The notes: a model not told the origin generated them from the letters alone. Shown: positions 1 through 14,045, numbered from the stretch's first letter. The stretch is DNA of 64,000 bases from Octopus sinensis (GCF_006345805.1 NC_043007.1:35774001-35838000), one strand, 5' to 3'. Translations and numbers: made by a program.

Positions 1-50
1 TGTTCCCCAATCAGCAGTTCACAGACCAATACCACGCCGTGGATTGTTTG
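1..50 (+). CDS. Possible upstream coding exon of the FGD-like gene (5' truncated by window edge)
   Basis: Open frame VPQSAVHRPIPRRGLF ending at G|gtatca, phase 1, which matches the phase-1 acceptor at 1014. The donor is weak and no homology was recognised. Confidence 0.3.
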
Positions 51-816
51 GTATCAAGCTATACAGAATTAATAAATTCTTTAATTTTATTTTTATTTCA
101 TTGACTATTTCAGTCTGTAAGATGCTTTTACATAATATACATGACCACATACATACATGCAAGCATGCATGCTTGCTTGCTGGCTTGCTTGCATGCATAC
201 TTACATACATTCATTCATTCATTCAGATTGTTCTCACTGTCCTGTTCTTGTTACCACTTTCACCCTCCACAAAACATCCCGAATTTTATTTAATTTGCTT
301 TGCGGGAAGGACTGTATCAATGAAGTTGCGTCTTGTCCTTACCTTCGAAATGCGGAGTAGATGAAACAGGGACAACTGAAGAAGGGGAATATTCTTTATG
401 TTGCATGTCTCATTTCTCTGTTTGCTTTTTTTGTTGTTCGAAAAAAAAGTTCATTTTTATGTTTTTGTTTTCATATTTTCGTTTCTCATTGTGTTCAACG
501 TTTTTTTGATGTCCTATACCCATATATGCATGTCTCTCTCTCTATATATATATGTAGGTATGTACATATATATATGTATATATGCATATATTTATATATT
601 ATTTATATTATTACACACATACATACACACACACACATACATATCCATACACACACACACACATCCATTCATCCATCCACTCATACATCTCTCTCACAAT
701 ATTTTTACTCTCTCTCTCTTTATCGCTGTCTATCTATCTATCTATCTATCTATCTATAATTTTGCCCTTTGTCTTTATCTCTTACTATCTTTGCTCTTAC
801 AATTCTTTTGCTTATT

Positions 817-858
<42 letters not shown>

Positions 859-1013
859 TTCACTTTCACTATTTCTCCTTTCATGATCTCCTTCACCTCT
901 CTAACACAGCCCTTACAAAGACATTTCATGTTAAATTTTAAACAGCCACATTTCGGTTGTATTACTTTATTTGTGTTTTGATTTACAGTTTTTTTTTTCC
1001 AATGATTTTGCAG

Positions 1014-3292
1014 GTAAAGGAAAAGCACCTCCACCACCACCACCTTCTTCACCACCATCATCATCCTCATCGCCACCACAACTACCACCCAAAGACACAT
1101 CACCTCCACCTACTCCAAAGAAACCGACGGGAGAAGCTTCACCTAAAAGTGCCCCCAGTTCGGTAAATTGTACGCCAGTGACTGTGAAGAAATCACCATT
1201 CTCCAAAAATGACATACAGACTAAGATTTTGAATTCCGTTCGCAACAACTCAAACTTCAACCTAGACTTCAACATTAACAACAACATTTCTACCACAACT
1301 AATGCTAGTTCAACTTACACTTCTAATGATAACAACAACAACAACAATGACAACAACAGTAACATCAATGAGACAGTAAGTGAAAACAGCAGAAAGCTAT
1401 CATCCCCTAAAACCAACACACAGCAGGGAACTTCCAGGAAAGTCTTCACGAGAGCCAAAAGCACTCCTCCAGCCCCTTCACCTAAGACATTTACTATCAG
1501 GGTGGCTTTCGGTGCAGGGAAGAGTCATTCGTGTTCTTCAAGCATTGCTCAAAGTTCGAACGCTTCCAATAACGATGACAACAACAACAATATTGTCCAG
1601 AAGATACAGTCCAGTGAACCGAATCCTGTAAAGACACCTGCCTCAGACTGCCACGAGTCGTATAACATAGAACCCAGGAAAACACCACCACCGCCACCTG
1701 TGAAACCAAAGCCCAGACCCAAACCTCGTGAACGCCCCGTGCCAAAACAGCGGGTTTCATTATTACTGCGACAGAACTCTGTAGAATCAGTTGATGGCAG
1801 CAGTCCAGGAACAAGTGCAGATCATCATTCTGATGACGGTTTAACAAATGAACTGAACAGTAGCAAAAACAGCAACAGCAGCTACAATGATAACAGTGTC
1901 AGACCAAGCAATGATACCCCAATACAATTAAGTGAAACAAATCCCCTTGCTAATACTTCAGTAAAGAGAGAGTCTATTTCTAATGATATAGAGACTGTAG
2001 ATGCATCGCTACGGCACGTCGAGGAATGTGTAAATAATATATTAAAGTCTCAAGAAAACATTGACAACTTGTCATCTCCGGAAAGGTCTCGGAGGCAAGC
2101 CCCTAGAGTACCCGTTAGAGACTATAAGCTTAGGTCATCTTCTGTAGACAGATGCAGTGTGTCTCATTCATACCATAAAAACTGGTCAGAATCCTCGTCA
2201 AAATCCTTGGAAACTGAGGATCAGGTGCAATTACCACGTAAAACTCGAGTAAACAATTCTCCCTTTGATCTTCTCGTCTCAGGTGTCAATGACCCAACTC
2301 CTCCAAAACCCCCTGCTCGTCCACCACGCCCTAAACATGAGGAAATCAAGCGATCTCGTAGCAAGTTGACAGCATCCGATATTCAGTTTATGCATGTTGA
2401 CTTCACATCTTCTCAACAGGCTCAAGAACTTGGAGCACCTACATTAACAAGACAGAAATCTGAATCGCGTAAACCTTGTCCACCAAAGCCTCTGCGTAAG
2501 AATCTACGGCGGTGCCGTTCTGATGCTGCAGATCACCGCAACAAAGATAATGACATAGAAAGCAGTCGAAGTCGAACGCTCAGTCAACCGTTTCAAAGAG
2601 ACTCTGAAGACATGTCAATGGCATCAAGCCCTCCAAATAAAATGATCAACCAGCCTGAACCCTCTTCTCCAAACATATCGAAAAGCCCTGTTCCTGCCCC
2701 ACCTCGCAGATGGTATGGCCGAGAACAGGAACAGACGAAATCACCTCACTCAGAAAGTGATGATGTAAACTCAAATTGTGATGTAACCAGTGCTACTGAC
2801 AAAACCAGTAGCAAGGTCAGTTCTGCTAACCATGATACCACAGACGCTGACACCATGGACTTTTTCAGCTCTCCCCAAATATCTTGCACCTACCCTGCCC
2901 CAGTACCAAGAGGCAAATCGAAAGAGCGCACTCCAACACCACCCCGAGTGCCTCCACGCAATTATACTGAGAATGATGAGGCAGGCGAAACCAACACTGA
3001 CAACGAAGAGGTATTTACACCTAGCAAGCAGTGCGATGACTCTTCAAAAGAAAAATCTTCAGAATCCAATAAAAACTCTTCAGACAATTCTCTTAAAACT
3101 GATGCTGATATGTACAGCAGCAATGATAATATCAACAAGAGCCCCACCTTTAAGCATGATCGACCATTGAGTTCGATCAGCCAGATAAGTTTGCCTTCAG
3201 ACAGTGGTTCGGGAAGTGCTGAAATGCAAAATAACAATTCCATTCTTAGTTCGGGTACTGATTCCTCTGAAGAAGATGAAGCAGAACAAGCT
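1014..3292 (+). CDS. FGD6: FGD5/6-like RhoGEF, large Pro/Ser/Asn-rich N-terminal exon
   Basis: 800-aa ORF 971-3373; acceptor ttttgcag|G at 1013/1014 and donor GCT|gtaagt at 3292; many PxxP motifs; splices in frame to the DH exon. Confidence 0.85.
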
Positions 3293-3391
3293 GTAAGTTA
3301 CTCTAATATACTACTAATACTAATTAAGTTAAATAAAGTTATTTATTCTGTTGTGTTATTAATATACCTCTAAAAAAAAAAGAAACACATA

Positions 3392-3655
3392 GGCGCAGGA
3401 GTGGCTGTGTGGTAAGTAGCTTGCTTACCAACCACATGGTTCCGGGTTCAGTCCCACTGCGTGGCACCTTGGGCAAGTGTCTTCTACTATAGCCTCAGGC
3501 CAACCAAAGTCTTGTTGTATATATGTATATGTGTGTTTGTGTGTCTATGTTTGTCCCTCCCAACTTTGCTTGACAACCGATGGTGGTGTGTTTATGTCCC
3601 CATAACAAAGCCTTGTGAGTGGATTTGGTAGACAGAAACTGAAAGAAACCCATCA
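3392..3655 (+). mobile_element. tRNA-derived SINE family 1 (CORE-like centre)
   Basis: ggcgcaggagtggctgtgtggtaag A box, gggttcagtccc B box, ggcaccttgggcaagtgtctt centre; many copies in both orientations. Confidence 0.8.
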
Positions 3656-3659
3656 TACT

Positions 3660-3690
<31 letters not shown>

Positions 3691-3776
3691 AGAGTTTATG
3701 AAAAAAACAAAAGACGAAGACAGGTGGTGTACAAAACAAACAGATGTATTTGTATAACGCTCAGGAATAGAAAAGT

Positions 3777-3812
3777 ATTTTATGTTTCGAGCCTATGCTC
3801 TTCTACAGAAAG
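3777..3812 (-). ncRNA. Degenerate hammerhead-like motif in a (TA)n-flanked element (3687-3878)
   Basis: - strand: cttt-CTGTAGA-a-gagc atag gctc-GAAA-cata-aaat; core A6 and stem III deviate. Confidence 0.45.
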
Positions 3813-3878
3813 GGACACAGAAAAAACAAGGAGAGAAAAAAATGTGTGTAGTGGCTAACGATCTATCATGGTGACTGT

Positions 3879-3915
<37 letters not shown>

Positions 3916-4231
3916 ATGTGTCTTTGTGCCTGTGTTTGTCCCCCCACCATTGCTTGAGAGCCAATGTTGGTGTGTTTATGTCCCTGTAACTTAGAAAACT
4001 GATTTACTTAATTTTTCTTTTGTACTTTATTGTTACCGCTTTGTTTTAAATTTATATTTTATTTTATTTTTTAACAAATTACATCATTTACAAATATCTT
4101 GTCAGCTCTCTTTCTCTCCTCTCTCTACCCCTCTCTCTCTCCCCTCTCTTCTTCCCACTCTGTTGCTCTCTCTCCCAAATTCTCTCTGTTCATCTCATCT
4201 TATGTCTGTTCTATCCATTATCCTGTTGCAG

Positions 4232-4327
4232 AAGAGTGACCGAAGTGCTAAGAAAGTCTACTATATTGCCGAAGAAATCATGTCGTCAGAGAAAATTTTT
4301 GTCCGTATTCTTTGTCTCATCAATGTG
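4232..4327 (+). CDS. FGD6: FGD-like exon, start of DH (RhoGEF) domain
   Basis: ttgcag|KSDRSAKKVYYIAEEIMSSEKIFVRILCLINV|gtaaga. Confidence 0.92.
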
Positions 4328-4784
4328 GTAAGAGGCCTCATTTTGTTTGTCAATTTATATTTTATTTCCCTCTCCTCTCCCGTTTCTTACTCAGGCATAA
4401 TTCTTTTGTCGTTATTCACACACTCGATTTCTCTCTCTCTCTTTCTAATAAAAGTTATGATACTAATAATAATGGTTTCAAATTCTGGCACAAGGCTAAT
4501 TTTATGATAGTGGGTAAGTCAGTTACATCGACCCTAGTACACAACTGGTACTTATTTTATCAATCCTGAAAAGATGAAAGGCAGAGATCACCTTTGCAGA
4601 ATTTGAACCCAGAATGTAAAGAGCTGAAAAAAATGTCACTAAACATTTTGTCTGACTCACTAAGGATTCTGCTAGTTTGCTACCTTAATAACAACAATAA
4701 TAATAACAACTGTTCTTAATATGAGCACAAGGCCAACAATTTTGAGGGGTGGGGTCTAGACTTGATAAGAATTTTATATCATTA

Positions 4785-5176
4785 CTAGCAGTATTGCCCG
4801 GCATTGCTCGGTTTTGTTTCGACCCTTTAGAATTGGAATTTTTGAAAAGTAAAAATTTTGCATTATGTAGCTTGTTATTCTCTTTAAGTGAACATTTTTC
4901 TGGTTGAAATACACCGAAAAATGGCGACACAGCAGTCAAAAAATCGTAAAAAATAGGGATTTTCATAGAAAAAAAGCACCTTTTTGATGTAAATAATTTT
5001 TGGTGTTAACATGGACCAATTTGAATTTTTTCTTCTACAGAATGAAGAGCAAGCCTTCTTCTATCATACTCTCAATTTTGGTCAACTTGCACCACAGGGT
5101 CTCGGAGGAGATAGTGTTAGTTGAAGGCTACCAAACCTGCCATACACAGACAACTTCAGCTTTATATATATAGAGA
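4785..5176 (-). mobile_element. Non-autonomous Helitron
   Basis: On the - strand begins a|tctctatatatataaa and ends gagcaatgccgggcaatactgCTAG|t, same termini as 11452-11835 with a different interior. Confidence 0.7.
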
Positions 5177-6083
5177 TTTAAAACCTTAAAGACAATGAGT
5201 AAAGTTGTCCTCAGCAGGATTTGAACTCAGAATGCAATGGGACAGAAGAAATACTACGGAGCATTTCTTTCAGTGCTCTAATGATTCTGTTAATCTATCA
5301 TCCTATTTATAACAACAATATTGTCTCTAAAACAGGCACAAGGCTAGACATTTAGAGGAAAGGGGTTAGCTAGTTAAGTCAGCTCCAGTATTAAATGCTA
5401 CTTTATTTTATTTATTTGCTGCTGGATTTGGACTCAAATTGTAAAGACCACAAAAAAAACACTGCGAAGCATTTTCTCTGATTCTCTCTGGTTTTTTGCT
5501 TTTGTTTTTTGCCACAAAAAAAAAGAGAGTTGAAGGGACTTATAAGTATAAATTAATCCTTCCAAAACATTCACTGAATTGCAGCACTTCTCTCTTTACC
5601 CTCACATTCTGCTCCAAGGGGAATTTAAAAAAGATTGATAAGGGCTTGGCTGATGAGAAGAAAAGTGTCTGCCCTCAACTATTTCGTTTTTGTTTCCTGT
5701 ACATTTTTTCCCATGGCTACCCAACAGAAGACTGCCTATCTTCCTGGCTAAAGGAAAGAAGTAAGATGACCTAATTTAAAGACTTGTCTGATAGCCAAAT
5801 CTGTCCTATATTCTCCTGTATCAGACCATAAAAAGACATAATTAAATTGCCATTCTGAATATTTGTTGAACTAAGATCCTTTATTCCTGGTTCAAAAGAT
5901 ATTCCTGTAGAACTCACTATCTATTCTCATCAGCTTTTCTATGGCAGCTCAAATCTCTTTCTTAACCTGATTTCAAATCTTGCTTACATTTGATATCCAT
6001 CCAATCAAAATAATCTATTCTTGACACATGACTCCACTCGTTCCACCCCACTTTCATTTTTTTTTCCCTACTCTCACAACAGT

Positions 6084-6340
6084 GGAGGCGAGTGGCTTAC
6101 TGGTTAGGGTGTCAGCATCATGATCGTAAGATTGTGGTTTCGATTCCTGGACCGGGCGACGCGTTGTGTTCTTGAGCAAAACACTTCATTTTACATTGCT
6201 CCAGTCCACTCAGCTGGCAAAAATGAGTAAAGGTGTGATGGACTAGCGTCCCATCCAACTGGGGAGCACATATGCTATTGAATCCGGGAAACCGGGCCCA
6301 TGAGCCTGGCTAGGCTTTAAAAGGGCGCAATTATTTTATT
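6084..6340 (+). mobile_element. tRNA-derived SINE family 3 (related ~20832-20982, ~35645-35950, ~28388-28662 on -)
   Basis: tggcttactggttagggtg A box, gtttcgattcc B box, ttgagcaaaacacttc...ccactcagctg centre. Confidence 0.75.
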
Positions 6341-6429
6341 TTTATTACTCTCACAACAAGTATCGTATTCTTGAAATGGTGATTTATTTTTTGTCATTTA
6401 ACTCTTGGAATCTGTTCCTCTTACTTCAG

Positions 6430-6581
6430 GATTTCCGTTTGGCAGTGTCAAATGCTACAGAAAAGGCTGGACGTCCAGTTATTCCAACTGATGTCTTGAA
6501 TCGGATTTTGAATTTCCTCCCACAGCTACAGAATTTTAATGAAGATTTGCTCAGTGACCTTGAAAACAGATTAAAGAAGTG
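6430..6581 (+). CDS. FGD6: FGD-like exon, DH domain
   Basis: ttcag|DFRLAVS...LPQLQNFNEDLLSDLENRLKK(W)|gtaaac, phase 2. Confidence 0.92.
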
Positions 6582-6694
6582 GTAAACTATCTAAATTGTT
6601 CATGCCATTGTGAGTGAGTGAATGAGTGGTATGGGAGAATGAGTGAATGACTGAAAAAGGAAAACTTCCATTAACGGACAATAAACGATGATGA

Positions 6695-6744
<50 letters not shown>

Positions 6745-6966
6745 TCTTTACTGCCCACAAGGGACTAAACATAGAGGGGAGGAACAAGGACAGACAAACG
6801 GATTAAGTCGATTACATCGACCCCAGTGCGTAACTGGTACTTAATTCATCGACCCCGAAAGGATGAAAGGCAAAGTTAACCTTAACGGAATGTGAACTCA
6901 GAACGTAGCGGCAGAGGAAATACTGCTAAGAATTTCGCCCGGCGCGCTTACGTTTCTGCCAGCTCG

Positions 6967-7007
<41 letters not shown>

Positions 7008-7384
7008 TAGGCACAGTCTTGGCTGTGTGGTTAATAAGTCTGCTTTCCACCCACATGGTTTTCAGTCCAGTCCCATTGTGTGGCACCTTGGGCAAGTATC
7101 TTAAAGAAACCCATCGTGTGTGTGTGTTCACAACCACTTGAAAACTGGTATTGGTTTGTTTTCATCCCCATAACCTAGCAGTTTGGCAAAAATAAACAGA
7201 TAGAATAAGTACCAATTCAAAAGAAAAACAAGTACTGGGGTCAATTCATTCGACCAAAACTCTTCAAGGCAGTGCTCCAGCATGGCCACAGTTCATTGAT
7301 TGAATCAAATTTAAAATAAAAAAGCAAAAAGCATTTCTTAACAGTCTCCTTACAAATATAATATACTCTTTCTCCTTTTTTCAG

Positions 7385-7541
7385 GGATTCAATACAAAAG
7401 ATAGCAGATATTTTCGTCAAAAAGGGACCTTTTCTCAAGTTATATACCTCTTATATTCGTGACTTCAAGAACATGCAAATGCTCTTTGAAGAGTCTTGCC
7501 GGAAATACCCAGCTTTTGCTAACGCTGTGAAAGAATTTAAG
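7385..7541 (+). CDS. FGD6: FGD-like exon, DH domain
   Basis: ttcag|(W)DSIQKIADIFVKKGPFLKLYTSYIRDF...AVKEFK|gtttgt. Confidence 0.92.
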
Positions 7542-7587
7542 GTTTGTCTATTGACGCAGGGTCGTCTTCTTGTTTTTGTTCTCGCTT

Positions 7588-7618
<31 letters not shown>

Positions 7619-7916
7619 GGTGGTGGTGGTGGTGGTGGTGGTGGTGGCGGTGGCGGTGGTGGCGGCGGCGGCGGCAACAGTTTGTTTACTTAGCTGCACA
7701 ATTAATCAAGTCATCCACTGTCACCACCATCATCTTTCGTTACCATTATTACTGCCAGTACTTCATCATCATCATCATCACCATCATTGTCATCACTACC
7801 ACCATAAACATTGTCATCATCATCATTGTCGTCATCACCACCTCCATCATCAACATCACTATTACCACTACCAACAACTTCTTCATTACCACCATCACCA
7901 TCATCCTTCTTTTTAA

Positions 7917-8134
7917 CCCTTTCGTTACCAACCCAGCTGAAACCGGTACAAATGTCTTGAGTACAAATGTCTTGTTTTCATAAGTTTTGAATTAAAATCG
8001 TCCACCAAATCTTAGTCACAACTTATGTTCCTAATACTAGCTTAATGATAACTAAGTTATTTTACTAAATTCCTTGTTATATTTAAAATAATTGAAAGAA
8101 ACACAGAGCATCTCAAAATACAGTAATGAAAGGG
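7917..8134. mobile_element. TTAA-flanked piggyBac-type MITE, family A
   Basis: ttaa|ccctttcgttac ... gtaatgaaaggg|ttaa; ~215 bp; five near-complete copies in window. Confidence 0.8.
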
Positions 8135-9139
8135 TTAAATGCCTATTTTTTGTTTTTTCCATGATTGTGTAGGTTCGCTGGATCTTCACACAACACCCTG
8201 CTAACTTTTCGTCTCGTAACATCACTTGACATCTTAGTTACCTTTAGTGGAATCCACTCTCTTACAAGCACCCAGGCTAGGTCACCCATTTGAGGGTACC
8301 TTCTTTCCTCTTGACGAAAAGATTAACCCTTTAGAATACAGATTATTCAGTCAAATATAATGTTTATTGACATTGTTTTGAATTAATCATGCATTATCTT
8401 GTAGCTTCAAGAATACAATGATGTTACTTTTTTTTTACTTTTACTTGTTTCGTTCATCTGACTGCAGCCATGCTGGAGCACCGCCTCTAGTCAAGCAAAT
8501 CGACCCCAGGACTTATTCTTTGGAAGCCTAGTACTTATTCTATCGGTCTCTTTCGCCGAACCACTAAGTTATGGGGACGTAAACACACCACCATTGGTTG
8601 TCAAGCGATGTTGGGGGGGGGGGGGGGCAAACGCACACACACACACATATATACATATATACGACAAGTTTCTTTCAGTTTCCGTCTACCAAATCCACTC
8701 AGAAAGATTTGGTCGGCCCGAAGCTATAGTAGAAGACACTTGCCCAAGGTGCCACGCAGTGGGACTGAACCCGGAACCATATAGCTGGTAAGCCAGCTAC
8801 TTACCACACAGCCACTCTAGGAAGACCTTATAGAGTAGGTGTGAGAAGCTGGATCTGGCTGGTTAGAACATAATTTGAGTCAAAAATGGCCACTATAAAT
8901 GCTAAATGGTTAAAAAAAGCTTTAGCCAAAGCATAATGAAAGAGAGAGAGAGAGAGAATAAACATTATCATCATTTATCGTCTGCATTTCCATGCTTGCA
9001 TAGGTTGGACAGGGTTTAGGTAATACTTCCCCCATGATCAGACATCTTTCAACAGAACACTGGAAATGAATGACCCTGTTTGTATGACAGTAACATTCAC
9101 AACTATCATGCACTGACTAGACACACAAACATACCATCA

Positions 9140-9172
<33 letters not shown>

Positions 9173-10035
9173 GCATATTTATATATGCATCATCATCAAC
9201 ATCATCATCCAGTGTTTTAAATCCGGGTTTTGTCCCCATTAACAAAGGTGGCTGGATGTACCTCAACGGCATAGCAACCGAGGTAGGAAGGTGCAGCCTA
9301 CCCCAACCTTTGGGCTGGCTGGCTGGTGCTCATTCTCCGTTGCTATCATGAGGCTTTTTGCAGCTGGATTTTCTACAGAGAGCATGCCCTTGCTTACCTC
9401 CAACCTCAGTTTCTAGTTGTGAGTGGTCCCGAGACCAAGGCCTCTACCATGATTTTTAAGAGAGGTGGTGGAAAACTAGCGCAGGAAGGCAGGGACACTC
9501 CTCCCTGAGACCCCTTTTAGAGCACCCTGCCATCTATATGATGTCTGTATAAAGCATTAGGCCTCACAGAGGTAAAGTGGCTGAGTTCTTTTCGAGTGTT
9601 GGGCCTCACAGAAGCAATGACTGAGACTTTTAGCATTTTATCGTGCTTGAGAAGAAGACCCATGAAGCCGAGCAAAATCTGTCTTCTGTCTGTACCTTTT
9701 GAGTTCAAATTCCTCCAAGGTTGAGTTTGCTATACTGTTCATCCTTTTTAGGGTCAATAAAATAAGTAACAGCCACATACTAGTTGAGAATATAATCAAC
9801 TGTCCTATCCCATCAAACTTTCGGGTCTTTGTGCCTATAAGTAGAAAGAATTATATCCTTCAACTCTGTCTGTCTCTATCCCCTTCTTTACATTCACTCT
9901 TTTTTATGCACCCCCACCATCTTTTTTTTTTTTATCTCTGTCTGTCCCCCCTCACCCTGCAATGCCCTTCTTCTGTCTCTGATTCTTTCTGGTTAATCTG
10001 TTCATTGAAACGTCTTGATGTTCTGTCTCTTTCAG

Positions 10036-10123
10036 TCTCACCCAGAGTGTCAGAACCTGGACCTGACTCATCATATGTTGAAACCTGTGCAAAGGATTCC
10101 ACAGTACAGACTCCTCTTGTCTG
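10036..10123 (+). CDS. FGD6: FGD-like exon, DH domain
   Basis: SHPECQNLDLTHHMLKPVQRIPQYRLLLS, the DH signature PVQRIPxY; cag/gtgag boundaries. Confidence 0.95.
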
Positions 10124-10581
10124 GTGAGTTTGCTCTAGATATGGACATACACACACACACACATACACACAGAGCATCATATACCATTGCTGGTATATTT
10201 CTACATATGTGTGTGTCTCCGTATGTCAATATATGTTAGTGTGTATCTATGTATGTATCTGTATATATTTGTGTGTGTTTGTGTTTCTATATGTTAGCAT
10301 TTATGTGTATGTGTGTGTAGGTCTTTAATTGTCTATATAGGTTAGTAAGTGTGTATGTGTACATCTATTTATTTCTAGATATATTAGTGTTTTTATGTAT
10401 ATGTATTTGTGTGCATATATGTCTGTATCAATGTGTGTGTATCTTTATATGTCTATGTACGTTAGTGTATGTGTATCTACATATGATTATGTGTGTGTGT
10501 GTGTGTGTGTTTGTATGTCTATGTTATTATTATTGTTATTATTATTATTATTATTATCATTATTTCTTTGTTTCTTTTCAG

Positions 10582-10632
10582 AATATCTCAAATACCTCAC
10601 TCCAGACAGCCCCGACTACAAAGATACTCTCA
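10582..10632 (+). CDS. FGD6: FGD-like exon, DH domain
   Basis: (E)YLKYLTPDSPDYKDTL; ttcag/gtaagt, phase 1-1. Confidence 0.92.
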
Positions 10633-11451
10633 GTAAGTGACTCACACACACACACATACATACCTATTTCCCTCTTTTCCTATCTATCTTACCTCCTTAG
10701 CTCAGGTGTTCCAAGCCAAGTAAGAGTGAAAGAGAGAGATGGACATAAAGAAACTATTATTTTGTGAGCAGTGGACATGGTAGACACTCATTTTAAAATC
10801 TAGCTTTGAAAGAGAAAAGGAATTTACTCAAAGAATAAAAAGGGCATACATCATCATCATCATCATTATCATCAACATTTAATGCCCATTTTCCATGCTG
10901 GCATGGGTTAGATGGCTTGACTGGAACTGGTAAAACCAGGGGTTGCCCCAGGTTCCATAATCTGTTTTGGCATGGTTTTTATGGCTGGATGCCCTTCCTA
11001 ATGCCAATCGCTTTACAGAGTGTTGTGGGTGCATTTTTTTGTGGCACCAGCACCCACACCAATGCTTTTTATGTGACACCTTGGTTTTAGGATCTCAGTT
11101 CCCTTTCGGTAACCAGGTGTTCTTGAGTGCAGCAACATCATCTGGTCATCTGTCATGTCCTTCATAAGGTTCAGCATTTCAGTTTGGCCTTTAATACTTC
11201 ATCCCGTGTCTTCCTGGATTTACCTCTTCCACAACTTCCCTTCACATAGATTCATATAAATTTTTTTAAATATGTTGGTATAGTAGTGGCTGTGTGGTAA
11301 GTAGCTTGCTTATCAACCACATGGTTCCGGGTTCAGTCCCATTGCATGGCACCTTGGGCAAGTGTCTTCTACTATAGCCTCGGGCCGACCAAAGCTTTGT
11401 GAGTGGATTTGGTAGACAGAAACTGAAAGAAGCCCGTCATATATATGTATA

Positions 11452-11835
11452 TCTCTCTATATATAAACGGCAGTTTGTCTGTGCGTGTTTCTGTGTGTCT
11501 GTTTGCTTGTACCCTCACCCTGACCACGGCTTTCAACCGATTCTGATGAAACTTGACACACACATAGCTCAATGTCATAATTCAAAACTAACGCAGCGAA
11601 AATTTTGAAAAGTTCCCCCAGTTCTGATAAAAATCGATAAATTCGACATGGGGTCGAGAATCTGAAACACGAACCACAAACTGTCTAGGGAACGCAACTC
11701 CACCTTTTTTAAATCTCAAAAAAAATTTACCATCATTTTTTTCCATTTTTTTGCTATTTTTTGGCTATAACTCTCTAAAAATGCTTTATAGTTATTTCCC
11801 TTACAAACCTGAGCAACGCCGGGCGATACTGCTAG
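11452..11835 (+). mobile_element. Non-autonomous Helitron nested in a SINE
   Basis: A|TCtctctatatataaa 5' end; GC-rich subterminal segment then CTAG|T 3' end; no TSD. Confidence 0.7.
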
Positions 11836-11891
11836 TATATATATATATATATATTTATTTATTTATTCATCTATAACACACAAATTACTGC

Positions 11892-11938
11892 ACATTAACC
11901 CGGAGTTTCTACCTTTGGATAGGTCGCTTCAACAGTGT
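11892..11938 (-). ncRNA. Degenerate hammerhead-like motif in a (TA)n-flanked element (~11855-12025)
   Basis: - strand: aca-CTGTTGA-a-gcgacct atccaa aggt-a-GAAA-ctccggg-tt-aa-tgt; stem II partly deleted. Confidence 0.4.
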
Positions 11939-12629
11939 TTCTGACATGAATTTGCTACCCTGGTAATGGTTCATTGAATTTTCCATGTTAACGGTAAACA
12001 TAGGATTATTCATTCACCCATCGATATATATATATATATATGTGTGTGTGTCTATGTTTGTTCCCCCCAACATCACTTGACAACCGATGCTGGCGTATTT
12101 ACGTCCCCGTAACTTAGCGGTTCGAAAAAAAGAGACCGATAGAATAAGTACTAGGCTTACAAAGAATAAGTCCTGGGGTCGATTTGCTTGACTAAAGGCG
12201 GTGCTCCAGCATGGCCACAGTCAAATGACTGAATCAAGTAAAGAGAGAGAGCATGTAAAATTGAAGAAGAAATTTATAAATGTGGTAGATATGGATGATG
12301 CAGATGTAGCCAAGAGGTTTCAAGTTCAATCTCACTCTCTTGTACTATAAGGTCATGTTGACCCAAGTCTTGTGAGTAAAATTGGGTAGGTTGACTGAAA
12401 CTAGAGAAGCCAGTCAAGTCCTAGGATTGGTTTGAATTTGAATTTTCCCTCTTTTTCTGTATTAGTTTTGAGGGTTTTTTTTAGGGCTACTCTCTCACTT
12501 GATATAACATACCATTAAGTCCTGGAGTGCCTTTTGCTGCACCCACTCTGTTGTTTGAATTTATGGGTGGCTGTACATCAAGTTGTGGAAAGAAGATGAA
12601 ATCAACACAGTAGGTTTAGTGAGATATTC

Positions 12630-12922
12630 CCCTTCTTCTTCTCCTCCTCCTCTCCTTCTTCTTCTCCGCCTCCGCCTCCCCTTCTTCTTCTTCTTCTTTT
12701 TCTTTTTTTCTTCTTCTTTTTCTTCTTTTTCTTCTCTTTTTCTTCTTCTTCTTCTTTCGCTTCTTCCGCTTCTTCTTCTTCCGCTTCTTCTTCTTCCGCT
12801 TCTTCTTCTTCTTCGCTTCTTCTTCTTCCTTCCATTTCTTCTTCCGCTTCTTCTTTTTCTTCTACTTCTTTTTCTTCTTCCGCTTCTTCCATTACTTCTT
12901 TTTCTTCCGCTTCTTCTTCTTC
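12630..12922. repeat. (CTT)n-based polypyrimidine tract (similar tract 31634-31800)
   Basis: Direct reading. Confidence 0.9.
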
Positions 12923-13346
12923 AGTAGTACCATCCCAGATGTGGGAAGGTTGTTTCACTTGGAGTTTTGGGGTTGGGAGTTAGTTAATGATTAATTTAAG
13001 CCTATTTCTCATTGCTGTTTTAAAACTTAACAACTAATTATTTCGCAAGAACTGCATTTGATGCCATAAAAAAATCACATGGTAATATTAGACACACTTC
13101 AATTTCAGCAGCTCATATTCAGGCAAAAATAGTTTTTAGTGTGTCAAAGCATGTAATATTGCTCCAATTTTGCATATAGGACCTAGGGTAATTTTCTTCA
13201 GGCATATTTTAGGAAAATAAGTGTATCTTATGCGCCATCAACTACGGTATATGATAAATTAACATGTGACAAAAAGAAAAATCAGTATTTTCTCTTCAAT
13301 TATTCAGTATTCAATAAATATTCACAAGTCTTATATTCTCTTTCAG

Positions 13347-13405
13347 CTGCTCTAGATATTGTAAGCAAGGTCTCTGAACATGCAAATGAAAGAATTCGAC
13401 AGGGT
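13347..13405 (+). CDS. FGD6: FGD-like exon, end of DH domain
   Basis: (T)ALDIVSKVSEHANERIRQG; tttcag/gtaagt. Confidence 0.9.
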
Positions 13406-13482
13406 GTAAGTATTTCTGTTATTTTCTGGGTCAAGTGCTGCATTAGAAATACACTAATTTTCTACCCTATCTGGACCTACAC

Positions 13483-13520
<38 letters not shown>

Positions 13521-13832
13521 TCATCATCATCATCACCATGATGGTTGTTTAACATCCACCTTCTGTGCTGACAGGGGTGGAAAGATTTGACAGGAGCTGG
13601 CCAGGCACAGGCTTGCACCAGACTTCTGTGACTTTTAGCAGGACTTTTACAGTTGGATACCCTTCCTAACACCAACCACCCAGCAGAGTGGACTACACAC
13701 GCACACACAAGTCAGATGCAGGCATGGCTGTGTAGTAAGAATTTTGCTTCCCAACCACATGGTTCTGGGTTCAGTCACACTGCATGGCACCTTGGACAAG
13801 TGTCTTGTACTATGACCCCCAGCTGATCAAAG

Positions 13833-14045
13833 GCCTTGTGAGTGGATTTGATAAGAGAGAAACTAAAAGATACTAAAAGAAGCTAAAAGTCTCTTCTACA
13901 ATAGCCTTGGGCCAACCAAAGCCTTGTGAGTGGATTTGATAGAGAGAAACTAAAAGATACTAAAAGAAGCTAAAAGTCTCTTCTACAATAGCCTTGGGCC
14001 AACCAAAGCCTTGTGAGTGGATTTGGTAGACAGAAACTGAAAGAA
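13833..14045 (+). repeat. ~87-bp tandem duplication inside a SINE
   Basis: gccttgtgagtggatttg unit starts at 13833, 13921 and 14008. Confidence 0.8.

Noticed and set aside
295-362. gaagg...ccttc-GAAA stem suggesting a hammerhead
   Set aside because: No recognisable CUGANGA before the stem and no NUH site; too degenerate to call.
12583-12958. Glu/Lys-rich and Leu/Phe-rich ORFs
   Set aside because: Artefact of the (CTT)n tract inside an intron.
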